Assembly (NCBI GenBank): GCA_013239625.1
Contig: MU054132.1
Coordinates: 682,001-746,000 of the forward strand
DNA from: Lama guanicoe
Lineage: Eukaryota
Direction of reading: 5' to 3'
Length of the DNA stretch: 64,000 nt
The translations under genes were made by a program, and so were the position numbers. Below are positions 1 through 12,282 of the stretch, one piece after another. Under the pieces are notes generated by a model, which saw only the letters and a list, made by a program, of their open reading frames with translations, made no database searches and was not told where the DNA came from. Every line of letters begins with the position of its first letter. The stretch's first letter is position 1.

Positions 1-279
1 GTCTGGAGACAGTTTTGATTGTCACAACATGGGAGAGGGCGCAACTGGTATCTCATGGATAGAGGCCAGGGATGCTGCTAAACACGCTACGATGCACAGG
101 ACAGCTCCCACAACAAAGAATGGCCCAGCCCCTAAAAATGTATATATAGATATGTATACATATATCATTTTGCTGTACACCTGAAACTAACATTGTTAGT
201 CAACTACACTGCAATTTAAAAAAAAAAGAAAGAATGGTCTAGCCCCAAATGTCAATAGTGCTGGGGTTGAGAAATCCTG
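1..279 (+). mobile_element. MER20-like hAT DNA transposon (3' part) interrupted by a ~97-bp L1 3' tail at 133-229
   Basis: GTCTGGAGACAGTTTTGATTGTCACAAC...GGATGCTGCTAAACA...GTCAATAGTGCTGGGGTTGAGAAATCCTG resembles MER20. The insert ends in an A-run and is flanked by AAGAATGG(CC/TC)(C/T)AGCCCC repeats at 116-132 and 230-246. Confidence 0.8.
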
Positions 280-395
280 AGATAGAGCAACAGACCAGAT
301 GAACATACAGCAACCGGATGGATCAATTTTAAACACATGGTGCTTCGTAACAAAGAGAAGCAACAGAATGAGATACGTAACTTAACTCACTCACA

Positions 396-453
396 CTCTC
401 ACTCCCTCTCTCTCTCTCTCTCTATGTGTGTGTGTGTGTGTATATATGTATGT
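396..453. repeat. Compound (TC)n(TG)n(TA)n microsatellite
   Basis: Directly visible dinucleotide runs. Confidence 0.9.
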
Positions 454-848
454 ATTAGAATACATCCTTCAAACTGATAAACATTTACACCCCCAAAGTA
501 CAGGTAAGAATGACTGATGGTTGAGAGGGTAGGAAATGGGATGGGAAAGAAAATAAAAGCAGAGAGAGAGCTTGCACAGACCAAGGAAGATAACGTGCCA
601 ATGCAGCCCCCCTTTTAAGGTGTGATTCCTTGTACAGAAAATTGTGCACCAATCAATATCCATAACAATATCACTAGCAAGGTGCCTGAAAAGATGTTCA
701 CTAAAATGTTAATAATGATTTTCCCTGTTTTTCTCTGTATGGAGGTGGCAAAGGATTTTGACTTTGGTCTTCTGACTTTTATCTCTTGAAAAAAAATTTT
801 TTTACAGTAAACAACTTTGTTTTAGAAAAATAGTAGAAGTATTTTTTT

Positions 849-1861
849 AATTTAAAAAAATTTATTGAAGTATAGTCAGTTATAATGTGGCAATTTCTGG
901 TGTACAGCATAATGTCCCAGTCATGCATATACATACATACATATATTTGTTTTCATATTCTTTTTCATTAAAGGTTATTACAAGATATTGAATATAGTTC
1001 CCTATGTTATACAGCAGAAGCTTTTTTTAAATCTATTTTTACATATAGTGTCTAACATTTATAAATCTCAAACTCCCAAATTTATTCCTTCCCACTCCCT
1101 TTCCCCTGATAACCATAAGATTATTTACTATGTCTGCAAGTCTGTTTCTGTTCTGTAGATGAGTTCATTAGTGTTCTCTTTTTTCTTTTCTTAGATTTTA
1201 CATATGAGTGATACCATATATTTTTTTCTCTCTCTGGCATACTTCACTTAGAATGACGATCTCTAGGTCCATCCATGTTGCTGCAAATGGCATTATTTTA
1301 TTCTTTTTTATGGCTGAGTAGTATTCCATTGTATAAATATACCACAACATCTTTTTTTTAACATTTTTTATTGAGTTATAGTCATTTTACAATGTTGTGT
1401 CAAATTCCAATGCAGAGCACAATTTTTCAGTTATATATGAACATACATATATTCACTGTCACTTTTTTTTTTATCCAGTCATCTGTCAATGGATGTTTAG
1501 GTTGCTTCCATGTCTTGGCTATTGTGTATAGTGCTGCTGTGAACATTGGGGTGCACGTATCTTTTTGAATTAGAATTCCCTCTGGATATATGCCCAGGAG
1601 TGGGATTGCTGGATCATATCATATTTTTAGTTTTTTGAGGAATCTCCATACTGTTTTCCATAACAGTTGTACCAAACTACATTCCCCCAACCAAACTAGG
1701 AAGGTTCCCTTTTATCACACACCCTCTCTAGCATTTATCATTTGTGGACTTTTGAATGATGACCATTCTTACTAGCATGAAGTGATACTTCATTATTGTT
1801 TTGATTTGCATATCTCTGATAATTAAGGATATTGAGCATTTTTTTCTATGCCTATTGGCAA
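849..1861 (-). mobile_element. Young 5'-truncated L1 (3'UTR plus ORF2 end) with a nested second 3' tail at ~1352-1470
   Basis: T-rich left end, then TTTATTGAAGTATAGTCAG and antisense ORF2 C-terminus. 14-bp TSD TAGAAGTATTTTTT at 834-847 and 1862-1875. Confidence 0.85.
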
Positions 1862-1875
1862 TAGAAGTATTTTTT

Positions 1876-2035
1876 GGGGGGGTGATATAGCTCACGGGTA
1901 GAGTGGGTGCCTAGCATGCACAAGGTCCTGGGTTCAATCCTCAGTACCTCTATTTGAAAAATGATAATAAATAAATAAACTTAATTACCTCCCCCCAAAA
2001 GTTTTTTAAAAGTAAAAAATAATTTAAGAAAAAGA
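1876..2035 (+). mobile_element. tRNA-Ala-derived SINE (Vic-1-like, camelid)
   Basis: GGGGGGGTGATATAGCTCACGGGTAGAG (A box), CTAGCATGCACAAGGTCCTGGGTTCAATCC (B box), AATAAA repeats, TAATTACCTCCCCCC, A-rich tail. Confidence 0.85.
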
Positions 2036-2109
2036 TTTTTTTAAGTATTTTTAAAATACCCACATGGAATCTACATTTTATTCTACATCTGCAACTATTT
2101 TTTTAAGTT

Positions 2110-2915
2110 CAATGGAATTATTGAGATAAAATTCACATATAAAATTTACCCTTTCAAAGTGTACAATTCATAACATTCTCATCATTGCCCCCAAAAAACC
2201 TTGTGCCCATCAGCTATCACTCCCATTTTCCCCTCCCCCTGCCCCTGGCAACCACTAATCTACCTTCTGTCTCTATGGGAAACCTCATATAAATGGAATC
2301 ATACAATATGTGGTCGTTTGTGTCTGGCTTCGTTCACTTAGCATCATGTTTTCAAGGTTCATTCATGTTGTGGATTCATTCCTTTTTATGATTGAATAAT
2401 ATTTCATCATATGCATATACCGTATTTGTTTAGCCATTCATCAGTTGGTAGACATTTGGGTTGCTTCCATGTTTTTGCTATATGAATAATGTCACTTCTA
2501 TTCACAAACAAGTTTTTATGTGGACACATGTTTTCAGTTACCTTGGGTATATATACCTAGGAATGGAATTTCTAGGTCATATGGTAACTCTGTGTTTAAC
2601 TTTGTGAGGAATTGCCAAACTGTTTTCCAAAGAGCCTGGACCATTTTACATTCCCATCAGTCAATCTGTGAGGGTTTCACTGTTTCCACATCCTTGCTAA
2701 TAACTGTTACTGTCTTTTTTATTATTATTACAGCCATCCTAGTGTGTATGAAGTGGTATTCCACTGTGGTTTTGATTTTTATTTCCCTAAGAGCTAATGA
2801 TGTTGAGCATCTTTTCATGTGCTTATTGTCCATTTATATATCTTCTTTAGAGAAATGTCTATTCAAGTTCTTTGTACAATTTTTAATTGGGTTATTTGTC
2901 CTTGTATTGTTGAGT
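2110..2915 (-). mobile_element. Old L1 (L1MB-like) 3' fragment
   Basis: Antisense L1 3'UTR/ORF2 motifs (CCCCTGGCAACCACTAATCTAC, TTCACTTAGCATCATGTTTTCAAGGTTCATTCATG). Confidence 0.75.
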
Positions 2916-3514
2916 TGTCCCCAACTGTTTTAACGTTAAAATGTTTTAAATTTTCATTAGGGAAAGAAGCCTCCAGCAAAATCAAGGCTTTACATGTGTA
3001 GAATATTTTTTCAGGGACTTTGAAGCCCCCCATTACATGGTTCCTACAAGTCTGAGAAACTCAGGTTGTCCCCAACATTGATAGATGAGGGAAATGAGGC
3101 CTGGAAAAGTTAGGAAACTTGCCCAAGTTACACAGCTGAGTCCTATGTAGAAAGATGGGAAACTGGGAAGCTTTACCTCGAGGAGAGGACACAATTTCCT
3201 ATTCTGTCTCTGCAAGGCTGCCCCAAACAAGAGGAACAGTTTGTTCTTGTCAACTCAGAGGGTGGAGACAGGACCAAAGATTGGCTTCCCAGGGGAGATA
3301 TGTCAATAAGAAAGATCTCCTGACAATAGTTGGAGTCCAGCATGGCGGAGGTGGCCTGGGAGACATTGAATTGAGTCTGGACAACCTCTTAGCAGGGGAT
3401 TGTAAAGGCCATTTGATGCCTGGCCTCTCTAGCATCCATTTTCTTATTTTTTTTCTTCTTTTTTTTTTTTAAATCCAGGTGATCTAACTTCAGAGCCCAC
3501 ACTCTCTCTCTCTC

Positions 3515-3659
3515 TTTTTTTTTTTTGAGGGGGGAGGTAATTAGGTTTATTGATTTTATTTTATTTATTATTGTTTTAGATGGAGTTACTGGAGATTGAA
3601 CCCAGAACCTCTTGCATGCTAAACATGTGCTCTACCACTTGAGCTATACCCTCTCCCCC
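3515..3659 (-). mobile_element. tRNA-Ala-derived SINE (Vic-1-like)
   Basis: Reverse strand reads GGGGAGAGGGTATAGCTCAAGTGGTAGAGCACATGTTTAGCATGCAAGAGGTTCTGGGTTCAATC...AATAAACCTAATTACCTCCCCCC then A12. Confidence 0.85.
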
Positions 3660-6653
3660 TCCTGCATCCATTTTCCCTACCTCTTCTCCCTCCCAATCAG
3701 TCCCCAGTTTCCCTTTGAGGAGCTGCATAGTTCTGGGAGAGGAACAATGGGCTTAGCCTCTTAGTCTAAGTCAAGCAGTGCTGCCCATCTCCCCACCACC
3801 ACTGGTGATTGGTTCATGGTGCACATGTGATTAAGCTCATCCGCCTAGAATACATCTCAGAACTTTTGGTGGAAATACAAAGCACTTTCCTTCCTCCTGG
3901 AAATAAACAAGAAAGTATGACTAGATGTGACAAAGAAGACATTTTGGGATGTGAGGTGTGTCCCTTAAGATGAGATCAGGACCACAGAAGGCAAAGAAGA
4001 GAAAGAGAAAAACAGATTTTTATGACATCACGAGCTTCTGGGTCACACCTTGCCTGAAGGTGGAGGGCCTCTGCAGTTTACTGTTTGAGCTAGTTTGAGT
4101 GGGCTTTTCTTTTACTTACAACATGACGTTGCAACAAATGTAATGGTCAGGCATCCAATGGAAATGGGTGGAGAGAGACTATGTTACCTTTATAATCCCA
4201 TCAAACTAAGACTCTGCAACATGTCTGAAGGTTTGAGGTTGGAAGGCAGTAGTCAGGCCTGGGAACTCAGGTTGGGGTCTCTCAGGTAGAAGAAAGTGGG
4301 ACTTTTTTTTTGACAGGTAGACTTTACAAAGTATAAGTTCAAAAGGTCAGATGCTGTTATAGCTACATAAAAATACTTCAATAACTTGTGCTTGCTAAGT
4401 GACCCAGAGCAGGGGTACAGCCATGTGAGCCCCATCTCAGAGTCAGGGTCCTGGGTTCAAATCCCACCTCCGCCAATTTCCCACTGGTTCTTAGCCAGTG
4501 TTTCTGGGATTCAGTGTGCCTCATCTGTAAAGCAGAGATAACTCTTACTTTGTATTCCTGGTGAGAAGAGTAAAGCTAATGTGGGTGAAGGACTTGGACC
4601 AGTGCACAAGGTCTCAGGTGTGGTATCTTTTAGGGCAGTGATAGCTCAGAGATGCAGCTAAGACAGTTAGCAAGCACAGAGCTCTTACCCCTCTAGGCTC
4701 TGATGAGGGGACCCGATTTTGCAGATGAGAAAACTCAGGCACTGGGATGTTAAGAACTGGGCACAGAGCTGGTAAGTGGAGGTACTGGGATTCCAACCCA
4801 AGGTAGTGTCATCCACCACACTGCTCTGCTTTCAGCATGGCAACTGTGGGTCTGGTCCCTGGCTGTTGAGAGCTGAACTGCAGAGGGTGAGGGCAGAATT
4901 CCAGGTGTCCAGCAGGAGGTTTCTCTAAGACCCACCCAGTGTGTAACTCGATCCTTGGGCCTAAGGTTGGAGCAGAGAGTAGGTAAGGCTCTGGAGGGCA
5001 GCTGAAGGATGCAGGGAGCTGGAAATAGACACTCCAGGGGAAAATCTTCCACCTTTGGGAGACAAGAGATCCCATTTAGGTGAGCAGTTCTGCACCACAA
5101 TTATCTACTCAGCCAGCACCACAGGCAGCTGGGATCTGTGACTCCTCCTGAATGTCCCCACAGCTGCCATGCCTCCTTTAAAAGATTTTCTTTTTAATTT
5201 TAAAGACTTCCATTGAATTAAATCAAAAGTTTTTGTTTTTGTTTTTGAAAAGATGATTGGAACGAAAAGCTTTCACAATGTGTGGAGAATGATGAAGAAA
5301 GGAGCCTGGTGGGCCCCTGGGCAAGCTCTGCCCTTCTTGGGTCTCAGCTTCCTCCTTGCTGTAATGGGGTGGTCAGGAGTCGGGCACAGATTCCGGAAAC
5401 CCTTAGCCCTTGCCTAAATGGCCTGTGCAAGTCAAGTGGGGTGGAGAAAGTGGCTCTGGCCACACCGGTCCTATGAGGACACACACCTGATGTTCTAGAA
5501 CCAGCAATGTGGACACAAGTTGCCCCACAGACACAGAGATTCAACTAGGAAGACCCTGGCATCTGAGAGTCCCACAGGTTGACCTCAGCCCTGACCCAGC
5601 AGATTTGTTCTGGGGGGTGCCGCCCAGCCTCCAGGCTTTCACTGCAAGGTCAGGATGTCTCAAAATTCTGCCACATTTGGCTGTGCTACCGCTCAGTGCC
5701 TGGCACCACGCAATCAGGAGGGTGTATCTGGGCAATCTTGAAGGCTCCATCTATCCTGGAGGCCCTCCCTATCAATGGCCTGAATCAGGGGATGTGTCCT
5801 AGGCAGGGACGAACAAACAAATCCCCTGTTGCTCCCTTTCCACTCACAGACACTGAGACAGGAGGGCCCCTCCCATTGCCCCACGAAGTAAACCTAGTTC
5901 TGAACAACAAAAAAACATGATTTCAAATCTGCTGGGCATTTGTGCAGCCAGTGACCCCCAGGATTGCAGCTATGTTGTCACAATACTGTGGCCTTGGTGC
6001 CATCTGCTGGCCAAGTGACTTTTGGGAGCTAGGAAAAGGTTGTGGTTATGTGGCTGGGCCTCAGAGATCCCCAGTCTTCATATTTGCCAACTTGTCTTGT
6101 TGGAGCCTTTTCCTAGGGAGAAAGTAGCCGGGGCTCTGAGTGTTCCTGGATGGCCCAGGACCTTCTGGAGGGAGGAGCACTGCCTCAATGAGCAGCTTAC
6201 CCTTTGCTGCTCCCATAGGAGCCTCTTTCTGAATCAAGGGAGGAGGGCTGCCTCGGAGTTCCCTCGCCAAGTCCCAGGACCCCGAACGTTGGCTGGAAGG
6301 AAAGGGATACCCTGGGATCCTTGGCTCTGGCCTCCGGTCAGCCAGGTCTGAGACCAAGAGAGCTTCCCTCTTCCCCTCTACTCTCCCCTCCCAACCCTTC
6401 CCCTGCCACACCAGACCTCTCACTGACCCTCCCTTAGAGGCCACATGGTGCTTTGGGCAGCCTCTTTCTGTCATGCAGTGACTCTGGATTCTCATCCAAG
6501 GAACGTGATAGCCCGGGAGGGCTCCATGTTTCTTGTTTGGGTATCTATGATCCTTCTTTCTGGACACACCTCCTGGTGCCTGTGGTAGGAGTCTTTCCAG
6601 GGTATACAAACACCCAGCAATGGAATTCCTGGGGCACAAGGGACATATGGGGT

Positions 6654-7098
6654 TGTAAACTGAAAAAAAAAAACACAACCTAAAAGTTGAGAATTATGAT
6701 TTATTCAGCAGTAAATTATGATTTACTTAACTGAGGACTTAAGCCCTGAGAGAGTGTTCTAAAGAGGTAAGGAAGGAGCCAGGATATATAGAAATTTCTG
6801 CTGAGAGAGAGAGAAAAAACAACAACATGTAGAACATCTAAAGATTACTTCTAATCACAAAAACAGATATGTCAAGTTAATGATTTTAGCACTTTTCTGT
6901 GTATGGGAATATGCAAGAGTCTGGGCTTGTTGAAATCATTCCTTTGACATGCACTTTAGTTATCCAGGGCCAGTGTCCTATTTTCCTCCATCTTGAATCC
7001 CCTCAGGGCCCATGGTCAAGGGGGCTGCCGTGACTGATGGCTTTATAACCACAACATCCTTTGTTTACTGAAATGGCAGGCGAAGAATTCTTTGTCCA
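6654..7098 (-). mobile_element. Solo ERV1-type LTR
   Basis: ~445 bp bounded by TG...CA; TGTAAACTGAAAAAAAAAACACAACCTAAAAGTTGAGAATTATG resembles cetartiodactyl ERV1 LTR ends. Strand is inferred. Confidence 0.6.
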
Positions 7099-7119
7099 GT
7101 GTCAACCGGACTAGGTAAC

Positions 7120-8820
7120 GGCCAGTTTTCCAAAGTGGTGGCACCAATTTACAACCCCATCTGCAGTAGGTGAGAGTTCTTGTTGTTCCACATCCTCACC
7201 AATTCTTATTTTTGACAGATATATACTCACTCGTCCCGTGAGTACCAAGTGGCCCCCCTTGTGGTTTGGGTTTGCATTTCCCTAATTACTGATGAGGTTT
7301 GACATCTTTCCATATGTTATTGGCTGTTGCTGTAAGTTCCATGTAGGTTGTGTGCCCATTTTTCTGTCGGATTGTTTATCTTTCTTGAGAACTCATGAGA
7401 GTTTTTATGTATCCTAGGTGGTAATCCTTTGTTGCTTATGTCTCACAAATATCTTCTCCCACTTCGGTCTTGTCTTTCCACTTTCTTTATGGTGTCCTAT
7501 TTTTCTTTTAGTGTTTTCTTTTGGCATAATTTCAGACTTACACAGAAGAGTTGCAAAAGTAGTGCAAAGGATTCCTTCATATCCTTTACTTAAATTCCCC
7601 GAATGTGCATATTTTATATTTATATTTTTTAAATGTTATATTTTTATATTTATAGAATGTTATATTACATATATTATATACAAATACATGTACACACACT
7701 TATTTTCCCTTCTCCCCTCCTGTCCCCACAAGACAGTTAAGGGTAAAGGGCAGGGGCAGAATGATGCCTTTTTATGCCTAGATACTTCAGTGTATGTTTC
7801 CTAAAAATAAGAACATTCTCCTATATGTAAACATAACCAATGAACAAGCCTCAAAATTAGGAAATTAATACTGATACACTACTACAATCTGACTGACAAA
7901 CCCTATTCAGATTTCACCAGCTGTGCTAATAATGTCCTTTAGAGCAAAAGAAAATCCCTTATCATGTGTTATTTTCAGTTGTTGTGTCTCTTTACTGTCC
8001 GTTATTCTGGAACAGTATTTCTTTGTGTTTCATAACACTGACATTTTTAGAGATTACAGACCAGCTTTTTCATAGAATTTCCCTCAGCTTAGGTTTGTCT
8101 AGTGTTTATTCACGATTATATTAAGGTAAAGCATTTTTTGATGCTGTGTCCTTCTCAGTGCTTTGTACCAGGAGGCACATGATGTAGATTTAGTCCATTG
8201 CTGGTGATAGTAAATTTCATCACTTGATTAAAGTGGGGTCCTTCAAATTTCTCCATATAAAGTTACTATTTTTCCCTTTGTAATTAAGAAGTATATGTGG
8301 GGAGATACTATGGGACTATGTAATTACCCTGCTACTTTACTTCTCAAGTCCATTAGTTTTATGTCCATTGATGGCTTTTCCTGAATTATTAATATGATAG
8401 TTGCTGACTATTGGTTTTCTAATTTCATCCTTCCTTTTACATCTAGTACAAGGCTTTCTACTGTAGAGAAGAGCTTTTCTCCTCCTCCCCCAATTATTTA
8501 CTTAAATCTGTGTAAACTCATACATTCTTTTATTTGATGGGTTATAATCTCTTACTGTCCTTATTTTATTTTGATGCTCAAATTGTCCCAGATTTGGCAA
8601 GTGAAGCCTTTTAAGTTGGTTCCTGTGTTTTATGATGTCTTTTGTGCAACAGAATTTCTTAACTCAAATGAAGTTTAACTTAATTGATCTTCCTTTACAG
8701 CTAGTGCTTTTTATAGTTTGTTTAAGAAATCCTCCCCTACTCAACTTTGTAAAGATATTCTCCTGTATCTGCTTTTTAAAAGTTATATATATTTGCATTT
8801 CTCATTTCACTCCTTAATAT
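7120..8820 (-). mobile_element. Nested old L1 fragments (L1M-type)
   Basis: Diverged antisense L1 motifs (TTTCCAAAGTGGTGGCACCAATTTACA; ATAATTTCAGACTTACACAGAAGAGTTGCAAAA). Confidence 0.6.
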
Positions 8821-8833
8821 ACCTGGAATTAAC

Positions 8834-8951
8834 TGCCAATGCTGGCTATATTTCAAGTCGTCATGGCAGGGTATTGGGAAAAGTTTTCAATTAGCAATAA
8901 TTGTGCCTTGGATAAACCTCACTGACTATGATACTGCCACTGTGCAAAGCT
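8834..8951 (-). pseudogene. RNU4: U4 snRNA retropseudogene (U4 nt 1-118, lacking Sm site and terminal stem-loop)
   Basis: Reverse complement AGCTTTGCACAGTGGCAGTATCATAGTCAGTGAGGTTTATCCAAGGCACAATTATTGCTAATTGAAAACTTTTCCCAATACCCTGCCATGACGACTTGAAATATAGCCAGCATTGGCA is colinear with U4, with mostly CpG-type changes. TSD TGGAATTAACT at 8824-8834 and 8954-8964. Confidence 0.95.
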
Positions 8952-9229
8952 TGTGGAATTAACTTTTTATGTTAACTTTTTTATTAAACTGTAACATATA
9001 TACCAAAAAATGCTCAAAAGAGAAGTGTACAGCTTGGTTTGTTTACCTCTTACAGGAGGAAGTAAACCAGCTCCTATAACCAGCAGCCTGATTGATCAAG
9101 AGACAGAATTTTTATCAAATCCAAGCTCTTCCTCTGTCCCCCACTTCCAACCACTTCTCTCCTCCAGCCACAAGGATGACCACTTTCCTGACTTCAAACG
9201 CTCCTGAAGGCAAGGTGCGGAGTAGGCTC

Positions 9230-9587
9230 TGTATCAGTCAGGGTTTTCCAGAGAAACAGAGGAGACAGATAGATAGTTGATAGATAGACAAATACACAGA
9301 TAGACAGAATTATTTTAAGGAACTGGCTCATGTGATTGTGGGGTTTGGCAAATCCAAAGTCTGTAGGGCAGGCTGGCAGGCCAGAGACTCAGGCATGAGT
9401 AAATGTTGCCACCCCGAGGCAGAATTTCTTCTTTTAAGGACACCCTAATTCAGGAGGACCTCATCTTAATTTGATTACATCTGCAAAGACCCTATTTCCA
9501 AATAAGGTCATGTTCACAGATACCCCGGGGGAGGGGTGGAGGTAGGCTTTAATGTATCTTTTTGGGGATACAGTTCAACCCATAACA
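9230..9587 (+). mobile_element. MaLR/ERVL LTR relic (MLT2-like head with GATA repeats joined to MLT1-like tail)
   Basis: TGTATCAGTCAGGGTTTTCCAGAGAAACAG start; GATTACATCTGCAAAGACCCTATTTCCAAATAAGGTCA...TTCAACCCATAACA end. Confidence 0.7.
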
Positions 9588-10339
9588 GACTTCAGTTTAA
9601 TTTTTTTCATCTGGATGACCAGCTGACCTGCATCATGTATTCCCTAGTAGCCCCTTTCCTCAATGGCCCACAGCACTACCTCTAGAGTCCATTCAGTGGA
9701 TGTGAAAGTCTTGAGTCTGTTTCCGGGTTCTCTGTTTGGTTCTGATGGCTAATGTTGTGTTCTTGAGCAAATACCTACATTGTTTGAATTATTCAGCTTT
9801 CTAATAGGACTAGACATCTGGGGGAACAGGGCTTCTCATTTTGTTTCTCTTCTTTAAGACTTCTAAGGCCTTTGGGTTCCCATATAAATTTGAGAAACAC
9901 CTTGTCAACTTCCACACACACAAAATTGGGAATTTGTCGGGAACTGCACTGAGTCTATGGGTCACCTCTGTTCTCCCAGGAAACCTTCTCTCCTCACCAA
10001 CCCCATTAGGCAGTAAATCCCGTCTGGTTCACACTCTCCCCATCCCATTCTATAGAGATGATTTGGCCTCTTTGGCTGGCCTAATCCCACCAAACCCCAC
10101 CCTGATTCTGCCCCTGTGGTATATTATTTTTTCAAGCCCCCCTCACATGTTTCCTGTGTGTGTCCAAATCCCAGACCCCCTAAGAAGACCCTGAAGGAGG
10201 ATCTGAGTGGTGTAGTTCTCTTGTCTCCACCCTCCTCTCTGTAGCATCCAGAACAGCGTCCTGGGAATCCACAACCCTGGCTATGGGCCCTTCCTCCTAG
10301 TCACCACCCACCTCCACAGTCCATCCCACAGAAACCAGT

Positions 10340-10952
10340 ATAACCCTTAAACTTACATCAGATAATATTCCTCCTCTGTTCCAAATCCTCCCATGGTTCC
10401 CCCGGACATTCAAGGAAAAGCTTGAATCCTCATTACAGTCTTTGAGGCCCTACTCCATCTGCAACCCTGACCCACTGCCTCTCTGACCCTCTCCTGCTCT
10501 TTTCCACACTTGCTCAGCCTCAGCCACTCTGGCCTCCTTGCTGACCTTCAGGCATGCCAGGCACAGTCTTGGCTCAGGGCCTTTGCATCTGTTAGTCTCT
10601 TTTTCTAGAACACTCTTCCCCTAGCTGTGTCCCTGGCTTGCTCCTTCACGTCCTTCAGATCTCTGCTCAAACAGTATCTTCCCAGTGAAGCCTTCAGTGA
10701 TCACCCAATATAAAAGGGAAAACATTGTAAAAGTCCCCCTCCTCATACTTCCACCTCCTTTCTCTTTTTCTTCTTACCACAGTAGTTACTGCCATCTTAT
10801 ATACTGTATAGTCTTTGTTGTGTTCCTGTCTGTCTCCCCTCACTAGATTGTGACCTCATGAGGGCAGAGATCTTCGCCTGTTTTACTCAGTAGCGTCTAA
10901 AACAGTGCATACAGCACTGTGGGTGCTGAATAAATAGTAGCTGAATAAATGA
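10340..10952 (+). mobile_element. L2 LINE 3' fragment
   Basis: CTCAGGGCCTTTGCATCTGTT...CACTAGATTGTGACCTCATGAGGGCAGAGA...TGAATAAATGAA tail. Confidence 0.75.
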
Positions 10953-11403
10953 ACTGGAACGGAGGAGACCCAGGCCTAGCCCGGACTCTTCCATTCACTT
11001 GCTGGGAGACTTAAGTGGTCCACTCCCCAATTCAGGCGTCAGTTCCTACATTGTGAAATGGAGGAGGATGTCTGTGTGTCTCTGAGGCCCTTCCAATTCT
11101 GACAGGAGAGTAGTCTTGAGAGACGGATGAACTGACCCAGCTGAATGCGGTGTTTGCTGCCCCCTTGTGACGGGGCCTACCCTTCCCCAGTACTGTTGAG
11201 TCTTAGACTTCCCCAAACTTCCAACTCTGCCTCTGTGAGGAAACAGATGCGTTAGGAGGGCACCTGTTGCCCCAGAGATATTCTTTCTGCTGTTTTACCT
11301 CCACTGACCCATCCTCACTCATTGCCTTCACATTCTAGGGCTCCTCACAGGGGCTCTTGGTCTTTGATGCCTCGCACACCAATTGCCCTCATGTCACTGA
11401 GAC

Positions 11404-11680
11404 TGTGTGTCAGGGGCCAAATTTCATGTTGAAGTACTAACTCCCAGTACCTCAGAATGTGACTGTATTTGGAAATGGAGTCTTTAAAGAGATAATTGAT
11501 TAACATGAGGTCATGAGGGTAGGCCCTAATCCAATATGACTGGTGTCCTTATAAGAGGAGATTAGGACACAGACACGCACAGAAGACCTTCTGAAGACAC
11601 AGGTAGAAGGTAACTATCTACAAACCAAGAAGTGAGGTCTCAGAAGAAAGCAACCCTGCTGACAGACTTGTGGTCTTATC
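11404..11680. mobile_element. MLT1-type LTR fragment
   Basis: CCCAGTACCTCAGAATGTGACTGTATTTGGAAAT...GGCCCTAATCCAATATGACTGGTGTCCTTATAAGAGG. Confidence 0.75.
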
Positions 11681-11804
11681 CTCAATTCTTCCACCTCTGA
11701 GCAGGTGACCCTAAGATGGTCCTCCTGAAACAAGCTCTTTTAAGATGCTGATAAATTTTTTTTTCCTTAAAAAGTTATCTACAGGGTCTTGCATTTTCTT
11801 AAAA

Positions 11805-12282
11805 ATTTTTTTATTGTGGTAAAATATACCCAATGTAAAGTTTACCATTTTACCCATTTTAAAGTGTCCAGTTCAGTGGCATTAAGTACATTCACATTTT
11901 TGTGCAACCATCACCACCCTTCACCTCTAGAACTTTTTCATCTGTACCCATTAAATACTAATTCCCCATTCCTCCTCCTCTGTCTCTGAGCAATCACCAC
12001 TCTACTTTTTATTTTTATAAATTTAACTACTCTTAGTTACTGCATTTAAGTGGAATCACACAATATTTGTCCTTCTGTGTCTCACTTATTTCACTTAGCA
12101 TCATGTCTTCAAGGTTCATTTTTGTTGTAGCATGTATCAAATTTCCTTCCCTTTTAAGGCTGAGTAATAGTCCAGTGTATGTTATACCAAATTTTGTTTA
12201 TCCATTCATCTGTTGATGGATAGTTAGTTTATTTCCACCTTCGGGTTACTGTAAATAATGCTACTACAAATGTCGGTGCACT
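11805..12282 (-). mobile_element. Old L1 (L1MB-like) 3' end
   Basis: TTTTTTATTGTGGTAAAATATAC...TTAAGTACATTCACATTTTTGTGCAACCATCACCAC. Confidence 0.75.

Noticed and set aside
1876..1950. Possible tRNA-Ala genes (also 3590-3659)
   Set aside because: Both continue into the same SINE body and A-tail and have degenerate stems, so they are SINE heads.
3000..6600. Search for NGP (cathelicidin-like gene next to Ptpn23 in mouse); weak look-alikes at ~5170 (minus ATGGCAGCTGTGG) and 5282 (ENDEERS)
   Set aside because: No signal peptide, cysteine pattern or consistent exon structure; the two hints are on opposite strands.
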